Shown: positions 18,117 through 25,790 of the stretch, in pieces
How positions within the stretch are numbered: position 1 is the first letter of the stretch
How the letters are laid out: every line of letters begins with the position of its first letter
DNA from: Terriglobia bacterium
GTDB taxonomy: Bacteria; Acidobacteriota; Terriglobia; 20CM-2-55-15
Length of the DNA stretch: 64,000 nucleotides
NCBI GenBank assembly: GCA_965263045.1
Contig: CBDHGK010000022.1
Span: 4,808 to 68,807 of the forward strand
Reading direction: 5' to 3'
The notes under the pieces: model-generated
Told to the model about the DNA's origin: nothing
Databases searched by the model: none
What the model saw: only the letters and a program-made list of their open reading frames with translations
Program-made: the position numbers and the translations under genes

Positions 18117-20045
18117 TTGTGCTACCTAAGCTATTGTGGAGAAGCGACTAAGCGAACCATCCTGGGTGGTCGAGCCGCAAGCGGCATCCTGCGACATTCG
18201 AGAGTCAACGCAATATCTTGGGGGTCATCCGTGGATCGACGCCAGAGCCGCTCCGTTTTCGTCCTCGTTCTAATCCTCCCTGTTCTGAGTTCCTGCGGCC
18301 GCTCGAACCGCCCGTTGACGCAAGCCCCGCCACCCATCGACACTTCGACTCCAGCAGCGAATCGGCGGCCGGTCGCCCTCGATCCGCTGGCGCAGGTATT
18401 GATCAACGCGCGGGATCACACCCAGCGCGGGGAACGACTGCTGCGGGACGGCAACGTGAACGAAGCCCGTGACGCTTTTGAAACGGCTCTCGAAGTCTTG
18501 CGGGCCTACACGCCAACCAGGTCCCGAAGCTTCGAGTTCGAGCGCGAGATCGATTTCCTGAACATGCGCCTGGCCGCTCTGGGACCGACACCGGTTGCCG
18601 AGCCGGCCATGATCGACGATCTGGCGACGCTCGACGCCCCCATTGAGGATGGGTATGCGGCTCTGCGCGAGAGAACCGCTTCGGATATCGCATCGATCAC
18701 TTCCGATCTCCCGATCCAACTCCACCACCGGGTTCTGGAACTCCTGATCTATTTCACCGAAGGGCGCGGACGCCGAGCGATCGAATTGGGGCTGAGGCGG
18801 GTCGACCTGTACCGGCCCCTGATCCAGCGGATCCTGAACGAAGAAGGACTGCCGCAGGACCTGGTCTATCTGGCCCAGGCTGAAAGTGCTTTCAAACCGG
18901 AGGCCCTCTCCCGGGCCCAGGCAAAGGGAATGTGGCAATTCATTGCCTCGCGGGGTCGCGAATACGAGCTGCGGCAGAACTGGTGGATTGACGAACGGTC
19001 CGACCCGGAGAAGTCGACGCGGGCAGCCGCGCGGCATCTCAAGGACCTGTATCAGGAATTCGGTCACTGGTACCTGGCGATGGCGGCCTACAACGCCGGC
19101 CCTGGGAGAGTGAGTCGCGCGGTGGAGCAAGCCAGCTCGCGAGATTTTTGGGCGCTGGCCGACCGTAAGCTTCTTCCGCAGGAAACGCGCAACTACGTTC
19201 CGACCATTCTGGCTATGACGATCATCGGCAAGAACCCGGCCCGATACGGCTTCGCTGTTCGGCCTGCGGATCCAATCGAGGTGGAGCGCGTCCGCGTCCC
19301 ACATGCCACCGATTTGCGAGTCATTGCGGAGAATCTCAACCTTTCAGTCGAACGGATCCAGGAACTGAACCCCCATGTCCTGCGATGGGCAACGCCACCC
19401 GATGACGACGAATTCGAATTGAATGTCCCTATTGGACTGGCTGCCCTGTTCGCCGAAAAAGTGGCAACCCTGCCGGAGAGCGAACGCATCCAGTTCCATC
19501 ACCATGTCGTGGCCAATGGTGAAACACTGTCGCAACTGGTGAACCGTTACGGCGTGTCCATGACGTTGATTACCGGAACGAACGGGATCGCAAACCAGAA
19601 CATGATCCGGGCCGGACAGACCCTAGTGATCCCTGTCAGGGGTGTGTCGCGGGCCGACGGCGGGGCCGAAACCCCGGCAGTGGCACCGGCGTCTTCCACC
19701 GCCCGCCCGGCTGCGTATCAGATCCGGCGCGGGGACACATTGATCGGCATCGCAACCCGCTTCGCGTTGTCAATCAATGAGATCAAGGCTTGGAACGGCA
19801 TGTCGTCCAACCTCTTGATCGCGGGTCAAAGTCTACGCCTTCCTCCCGCATCGACCCCGGCGACGAGTTCCGGAAATGCCACCCGGACCGAGCGTGTCGT
19901 GTACCAGGTCCGGCCTGGCGATACGCTCTTCCAAATCGCCATGTTTTACCGCACTTCGGTGGACGATATCCGCGCCTGGAACCCCGATTCAGACTTGTCG
20001 GTCATCCGGCCAGGCGACCAGATCACGATCCATATGCCCCGCTAA
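18117..20045 (+). CDS. mltD: Membrane-bound lytic murein transglycosylase D-like lipoprotein (SLT domain plus 3 C-terminal LysM domains), 642 aa
   Basis: Lipobox VLVLILPVLSSCG. SLT catalytic region YLAQAESAFKPEALSRAQAKGMWQF...AMAAYNAGPGRV. Three LysM repeats (HVVANGETLSQLVNRYGVS..., YQIRRGDTLIGIATRFALS..., YQVRPGDTLFQIAMFYRTS...). Confidence 0.8.
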   Translation: MCYLSYCGEATKRTILGGRAASGILRHSRVNAISWGSSVDRRQSRSVFVLVLILPVLSSCGRSNRPLTQAPPPIDTSTPAANRRPVALDPLAQVLINARDHTQRGERLLRDGNVNEARDAFETALEVLRAYTPTRSRSFEFEREIDFLNMRLAALGPTPVAEPAMIDDLATLDAPIEDGYAALRERTASDIASITSDLPIQLHHRVLELLIYFTEGRGRRAIELGLRRVDLYRPLIQRILNEEGLPQDLVYLAQAESAFKPEALSRAQAKGMWQFIASRGREYELRQNWWIDERSDPEKSTRAAARHLKDLYQEFGHWYLAMAAYNAGPGRVSRAVEQASSRDFWALADRKLLPQETRNYVPTILAMTIIGKNPARYGFAVRPADPIEVERVRVPHATDLRVIAENLNLSVERIQELNPHVLRWATPPDDDEFELNVPIGLAALFAEKVATLPESERIQFHHHVVANGETLSQLVNRYGVSMTLITGTNGIANQNMIRAGQTLVIPVRGVSRADGGAETPAVAPASSTARPAAYQIRRGDTLIGIATRFALSINEIKAWNGMSSNLLIAGQSLRLPPASTPATSSGNATRTERVVYQVRPGDTLFQIAMFYRTSVDDIRAWNPDSDLSVIRPGDQITIHMPR

Positions 20046-20181
20046 TGGTCCCGGTCACAATGACGGCAGATCCAGAAGACCCGGCCACAGCCGGGCCACC
20101 GGGAAGACCGGCTGCGGTCGCCCGGCAACTTCATATCGACTGTACTTCCGCGCGGCGTATTCTAATAGAAAGGATTCGACC

Positions 20182-20574
20182 ATGAGTGGTCCATCGATAC
20201 AGTTCCATAAGATCTGGATTGAACAGTGTAGGGCGACTGAGGATATCCGTGAACGCTTCGGGCTCGAAGATGCCATACGCTATCTGATCGGAGAAAAACT
20301 GTTCGACTTCGTTCGCGCTTCGGAAGACGATCCCGACTTCGGGAAGGAGTTGCCCGCGTTCGTGGCTGATATCCGGTGGCTCTTCTCTGCTGCCGAGATT
20401 CGGGAGTTTCTGGACGATCTCGAGCGCACGAAGTGTTTGGTTCCACCAGAACCGGATCTGGAGGTGGAGGTTCTCGACGACGAAATGGACGAAGAGTCCT
20501 GGCCGGGTAATCCAGTCTTAGGCGCAGAGGAGTTACTTCGATTCTCTCGTATTCGGCATCTGCTGAAGCCGTAG
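20182..20574 (+). CDS. Acidic hypothetical protein (130 aa)
   Basis: ATG at 20182 with an aaagga RBS. MSGPSIQFHKIWIEQCRATEDIRERFGLEDAIRYLIGEK... has a very acidic C-terminus (EVEVLDDEMDEESW). Confidence 0.4.
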   Translation: MSGPSIQFHKIWIEQCRATEDIRERFGLEDAIRYLIGEKLFDFVRASEDDPDFGKELPAFVADIRWLFSAAEIREFLDDLERTKCLVPPEPDLEVEVLDDEMDEESWPGNPVLGAEELLRFSRIRHLLKP

Positions 20575-20821
20575 TTGGCTGAACGGTAAGAAAACGAGGG
20601 AAAGAGCAGCAGATCTATCTCTGGCTCACCATAACGCAGTGCTCTGCATAATCCTCTCCAGGTTCGCTCTGAATGATCCCGGCCGCCTCAGCAGACCGCA
20701 CGCCACGAAGCGGACCGTGCGTGCGAGCGGAACGGTGTTCTTATCCCGTGTCTGATTCTATGTCTTGCATACGTCGAGCGGAAGAGAATGCCTCGGAGAA
20801 CCGTTCTCCCAAGCCGGCGCC

Positions 20822-21620
20822 TGAGCGACAGGTTGGGTCGACCAGACTCCGTCTCATGCAATCACCTCGAACAGCTGGTTGATGAACTGAATCTGTTGCC
20901 GAACATCCGAACCGCTCACCCACCTCGCCTGACCCTTCCGGATCATGTGCATGGCCTCATATCCCTGGATCGTTCGCCGCGCCGCGTGGAATTCACGAAA
21001 GCCCTGCTTGGCCTTCACGCGTCGTTTGGTCGCTCGATGATCCTGCTCCAGGATGTTGTTCAAGTATTGGATCGGCCGGTGACGGCAACGGTGTCGCAGG
21101 ATTCCTTCCTGCTTCACTCCTGAAATCGCAGAGCCATAGAGGGGCGCCTGGTCCGTATTGATAACCCGGGGCTGTCGATGCGACGGATCCGCCAGCGCCT
21201 TGCGGAACAGGCGTTTGGCCGTAGCGGCATCGCGTAACCCGGAGAGCACAAAATCGATCGTGGCTCCGGTGGAATCGATGGCGCGATAGAGATAGCACCA
21301 ACGGCCCTTGACACGAACGTAGGTCTCATCGACACGCCAGGACTTATTGGTTGGCTTGAGATGACGGCGCAGCCGCTCCTCCAGTTCAGGCCCGTAGCGC
21401 TGAACCCAGCGCCAGATTGTCGTGTGGTCCGCTTCCAGGCCGCGCTCGTTGAGCAGCTCTTCGACATCGCGGAACGAGAGCGAGTACCGCAGGTACCAGC
21501 GCACAGCGCAAAGAATCACCTCGGGCTCGGTTTGTCGCCACTTGAACATCGCCGGTCGGATTGTCTTTTTCATGATCTCTTCAGTTTACAAGGCACGGTT
21601 GGCCAAAGTTGCAACACAAC
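20822..21620 (-). mobile_element. IS6-family insertion sequence, subtype B, copy 1 (intact transposase; right IR GGCCAAAGTTGCAACACAAC; left IR apparently missing)
   Basis: Encodes the 239-aa DDE transposase MKKTIRPAMFKWRQTEPEVILCAVRWYLRYSLSFRDVEELLNERGLEADHTTIWRWVQRYGPE...INTDQAPLYG...IQYLNNILEQDHRATKRRV (IS26-like architecture). It shares a >750-bp backbone with copy 2 (23127..23959), but no matching IR is found at the left boundary. Confidence 0.75.
20854..21573 (-). CDS. IS6-family (IS26-like) DDE transposase, 239 aa, intact
   Basis: See above; full-length single ORF. Confidence 0.8.
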   Translation of the reverse strand: MKKTIRPAMFKWRQTEPEVILCAVRWYLRYSLSFRDVEELLNERGLEADHTTIWRWVQRYGPELEERLRRHLKPTNKSWRVDETYVRVKGRWCYLYRAIDSTGATIDFVLSGLRDAATAKRLFRKALADPSHRQPRVINTDQAPLYGSAISGVKQEGILRHRCRHRPIQYLNNILEQDHRATKRRVKAKQGFREFHAARRTIQGYEAMHMIRKGQARWVSGSDVRQQIQFINQLFEVIA

Positions 21621-21870
21621 CACTCATCTTGATCAACACCGGCCGGTCACGCCACACATGCCCAATTCGAACCCAGATCCTCCCGAATCCGATTCTTACT
21701 GCCCAAATCCCCCTGATCGCCGGACTGGTGAAACATGCGGGCTAAAGCGCTGCCGGGTTTTAAATTCTGGCGATGAGCTGCACTTTTTCGGTGATGTTCT
21801 TGTTATTCTACCGTGAAGATGGCCGTGTCGAGTCATTCCGGCGCGGGCGTTGTGAGCTTCAGGAGGCATC

Positions 21871-22338
21871 ATGAAGATAGACATCGGAATCAAAGCCACA
21901 GACCGCAAGGCTTTGGCCAAAGAACTCTCAAAGTTGCTGGCCGACAGTTACACCCTCTACTTGAAGACTCATAATTTCCACTGGAACGTGACCGGCCCGA
22001 TGTTCCAGACCCTTCACCTCATGTTCGAACAGCAGTACAACGAACTCGCGCTGGCGGTGGACACGATCGCCGAACGCATCAGAGCTCTGGGACACCCGGC
22101 CCCTGCGAGCTACGCCGCATACTCCAAGCTGGCGTCGGTCCGGGATACCGAAGGAGTGCCGACCGCGACCGATATGATTCGTGTTCTGGTCGAAGGACAT
22201 GAGGCCGTCTGCCGCACGGCACGCAAGGTCATAGCAACGGCCGATGCAGTCAACGACCAATCGACCGTGGACGTGGCAGCCGCGCGGCTGCAGATCCACG
22301 AAAAGACAGCCTGGATGCTGCGCAGCCTACTGGAATAA
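21871..22338 (+). CDS. dps: Dps (DNA-binding ferritin-like protein from starved cells), 155 aa
   Basis: Ferritin-like four-helix motifs: LSKLLADSYTLYLKTHNFHWNVTGPMFQTLHLMFEQQYNEL...DTIAERIRALG. Typical Dps length. Confidence 0.8.
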   Translation: MKIDIGIKATDRKALAKELSKLLADSYTLYLKTHNFHWNVTGPMFQTLHLMFEQQYNELALAVDTIAERIRALGHPAPASYAAYSKLASVRDTEGVPTATDMIRVLVEGHEAVCRTARKVIATADAVNDQSTVDVAAARLQIHEKTAWMLRSLLE

Positions 22339-22489
22339 TCACTGAAAAATATTCGACCGAAGGAAACAGCTAACGACTAGGGCGACATGTCAAGGCTCGC
22401 GTCAGCGTCGGCCTCGTCAACCTCTAACGGCCGGATTTGAGATGAGCGCACGGCGGGCCGCCGAGATGCCGTGGGTAGCCTAGGAGTCT

Positions 22490-23126
22490 GCGCGGCAGAA
22501 GGACCGAAATTGGGCGGGAATGGATGGAAGATAGGGCATGCTACGAACTTACCGAGCCTATATTCCAGAACAGAGCCTGCTGATGCCACCGTCGCTGAGA
22601 GATTGGCTGGCCGAAGATCACCTGTCGTACTTCATATCGGATGCTGTGGACGCGATGGATTTGAGCGGGTTCGAACAGAGGCATGGAACTGACGGACCTG
22701 GCAATCAGGCCTTCGATCCGCGGATGATGGTGAAGGTGATGATCTATGGGTACGGGACCGGAGTGTTTTCATCCAGGAAGATCGCAGCGAAGTTGAGAGA
22801 AGATGTGGCGTTGCGGATGTTTGGAGCCGAGAACTTTCCCGCGCACCGAACGATCTCGGATTTTCGCAAACTGCATCTTGAGGAGTTCGGGAACCTGTTT
22901 GTGCGCGTGGTGATGATGGGGCGAGAAGCGGGTCGGGTGAAGATGGGGACGGTAGCGGTGGACGGAACCAAGATGCGGGCGAATGCGCGCAAACGTAAAG
23001 CGATGAGCTATGAAGGCATGCAGAAGCAGGAGACCGAGTTGGGTGAGCAGGTTCGGGATCTGTTGAACCGGGCGACCGCGACCGATGAGGACGAAGACCA
23101 GCGTGTTGATTTATGGCTATTGCACC
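22490..23126 (+). mobile_element. IS1182-family element, 3'-truncated by insertion of IS6-B copy 2
   Basis: Left end CTAGGAGTCTGCGC... matches the IR of the intact copy at 58899. Transposase N-terminal 196 aa (MLRTYRAYIPEQSLLMPPSLRDWLAEDHLSYFISDAVDAMDL...GTVAVDGTKMRANARKRKAMSYEGM) is about 70% identical to 58961..60283. Homology ends exactly at the IS6-B IR at 23127. Confidence 0.75.
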
Positions 23127-23959
23127 GGAGGGATGTGTTGCAACTTTCAGAAATCAACAAGAGAGCGACCGGTTGGGTCGACCAGGCTCCGTCTCATGCA
23201 ACCACCTCGAATAGCTGGTTGATGAACTGAATCTGTTGCCGAACATCCGAACCGCTCACCCACCGCGCCTGAACCTTCCGGATCATGTGAATTGCCTCGT
23301 ATCCCTGGATCGTTCGCCGCGCCGCGTGGAATTCACGAAAGCCCTGCTTGCCTTTCACTCGTCGTTTGATCGCTCGATGATCCTGCTCCAGGATGTTGTT
23401 CAAGTATTGAACAGGCCGGCGGCGGCAACGGCGTCGCAGAATTCCTTCCTTTTTCACTCCTGAAATCGCCGCGCCATAGAGGCGTGCCTGGTCGGTGTTG
23501 ATGACGCGGGGCTGTGGATGCGACGGATCAGTCAGCGCCTTGCGGAACAGGCGTTTGGCCGCTGCGGCATCGCGCAACCCCGAGAGCACGAAGTCGATCG
23601 TGGCGCCGGTGGAATCGATGGCTCGGTAGAGGTAGCACCAACGCCCCTTGACACGAACGTAGGTCTCATCGACACGCCAAGATTGGTTGGTTGGCTTGAG
23701 ATGACGGCGTAGCCGCCCCTCCAGTTCGGGACCGTAGCACTGGACCCAGCGCCAGATTGTCGTGAGGTCTGCCTTCAGGCCGCGCTCGCCGAGGAGCCCT
23801 TCGACATCACGGAACGAGAGCGAGTACCGCAGCTACCCGCGTGCGCGTAAAGAATCAGCTCGCGCTCGGTTTGGCGCCACTTGAAGATCGCCGGTCGGAT
23901 TGTCTTTTTCATGATCACTTCAGGTTACCAGCCCCCGCCGGCCAAAGTTGCAACACAAC
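23127..23959 (-). mobile_element. IS6-family subtype B, copy 2 (both IRs present; transposase pseudogenised)
   Basis: IRs gatgtgttgcaactttcaga (23127) and ggccaaagttgcaacacaac (23940). The tnp C-terminal part 23194..23589 is intact in frame. The N-terminal part is frameshifted and hits a stop (gcgcgtaa near 23850). Confidence 0.7.
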
Positions 23960-24094
23960 ATCTTTTCCTTCCCCTTGACCTTACTGGCGGGATTCGGAGA
24001 CACTTTCCGTGGCGTCCGCAACCGGTGGAAAATTTACGGTTGCCATTGAAAAGCCGTATCGAGCGGCCAATCTAGAAGTACCGCGGTCTGCGCC

Positions 24095-24820
24095 TTGTCC
24101 GGGGATCGTCCCTCGACTGGGCCTGCCTTTATTCATTCCCGGGAGGGCTTCATGAGACCGATAGCATTTTGCGACCGGTGTCGCGGGATCGAGGTCGGCT
24201 GGAACAGGAAGTACCTGAAGCACGGCTTGGTTTGCGGCGGCTGGCTTTCCACGTCATTGAGAATGCTCACATATACAGCCGCTACAGCAATAGTCATTTC
24301 CACATTTCCAACCACCTCCGCCGTCGTCGAGTCCAACCCGACCCTTTCCACCGATGCCGTGCCCGCGTCCCTCGCCGAGGGTGACCTTGCCCCGATTCCC
24401 GATCCCGTGGTCAACGCGATCGAGGAGCATCTCCGACGTCACGCCAGAGTTAGCCAGGATGAGCGATTCCGGATTGCCCGAGCGGTGGTGACCAGTGCCA
24501 AGAAGCACGACGTGGACCCGTTCCTTGTTGCCAGCGTCTTGTTGGCTGAAAGCAGCGCCAACCCATTTGCCATATCCGCCAAAGGCGCGGTGGGCATCAT
24601 GCAGATACACGTGCCGACGTGGGGTGCTCTGGTGGATTCGGAGCAGATAAACCTTTTCCGAGTCGAGGATAACGTCGATTTCGGGACGCGAATCCTGAAG
24701 GACTACATCTCCCGCCACGGGCTGTGGACAGGCCTGACACGTTATCTCGGAGCCTCAGAGCCCACCGACGAAACCCAGGCCTACGTCAAGCGGATCCAGG
24801 GTCTTTATGCAGACCGCTAG
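24095..24820 (+). CDS. Lytic transglycosylase (SLT domain) with an N-terminal TM segment; VirB1-like
   Basis: FLVASVLLAESSANPFAISAKGAVGIMQIHVPTWG contains the SLT catalytic E-S and GxMQ motifs. Hydrophobic N-terminus LTYTAATAIVISTF. Confidence 0.7.
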   Translation: MSGDRPSTGPAFIHSREGFMRPIAFCDRCRGIEVGWNRKYLKHGLVCGGWLSTSLRMLTYTAATAIVISTFPTTSAVVESNPTLSTDAVPASLAEGDLAPIPDPVVNAIEEHLRRHARVSQDERFRIARAVVTSAKKHDVDPFLVASVLLAESSANPFAISAKGAVGIMQIHVPTWGALVDSEQINLFRVEDNVDFGTRILKDYISRHGLWTGLTRYLGASEPTDETQAYVKRIQGLYADR

Positions 24821-25039
24821 GCGGATTGATATTTCCCTCCTTTCTCCCTGCTTCCGGAACAAGGTTGGAGATCAGCGCCGCCCCTGAGATTCGTTGCCTT
24901 GTGCCGGACCTGACTTGGAATCAAGACCGACGTAATAGGAAAAGCCATGCCGAAGGATGCGTTGACGAGACGTCGGCGTCGGAAACCGGCATGGGTCTGT
25001 CAGGGACAAACGCTCGTCTTGACCTAACAGTTTAGTAGC

Positions 25040-25297
25040 ATGGAACATGACAGATTCTATGTTCCGTATCTGTCAGATAAAATACCAGAAGCCGCATTCC
25101 ATCGTCAGGCCGTGAAAACCGTTGCCTATCTGCGGGTCTCGACCGCTCAGCAGGACGTGGGCAGCCAGCGCCTCGCCATCCTCGAGTACACACGCAAACA
25201 CAACTTCCGCATCGACGATTTCATCGAGGCGACCGCCTCTGGACAGGCTTCCGAAAAGCGCCGCCGACTCGACGAGCTGATGAACGTTCTCCAGTGA
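25040..25297 (+). pseudogene. Serine recombinase (resolvase) N-terminal catalytic fragment, 85 aa, ending at the left boundary of a 20.5-kb insertion
   Basis: VAYLRVSTAQQDVGSQRLAILEY...IEATASGQASEKRRRLDELMNVLQ carries the resolvase active-site Ser context (YxRVST). A stop follows where resolvases continue with GDxLVVxxLDRLGRS. That continuation is found at 45753..46205. Confidence 0.7.
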
Positions 25298-25790
25298 TTT
25301 CGATAACGTAAAAAGGCCCCCCAACGGGGTTCTGATCGAGGAAAAAGGCAACAAGGCCCTCTTGACCCTATCGGGAAGATCAGATGAAAATCCAATGCCA
25401 GATGCAACAGTCTGGGGTATGGGAATCACTATGTGGCACTCCGAAATCGGCTCCATCGTCGAAGACGACATCGGTAAAGACGCTTGGGCGACGTTCCAGA
25501 GCACGGCCGACGAGCGCTACGGCTACGCCGGCAGACTCAGGAAGAATGCCCTCCATATAGGAGCGAGCATGGCCTTCGCCTGGGAGGCGGGAAAGCGGTC
25601 AGCCAACCTAGAACGACTTTGTACCGAAATTCTGAGTGCAGACAATAGCGTGCCTGTCGGATGAGGGGTCACCATTCTCCGGATAGCGCTGGTACAAAAC
25701 TTCGGCCTGGTCAGTGCCGGACGTGAAGATCATTGCGAACATCGGATTGCATCTGCTCCGATGTCGTCGGTCTACTCGCTCAGTGACACT

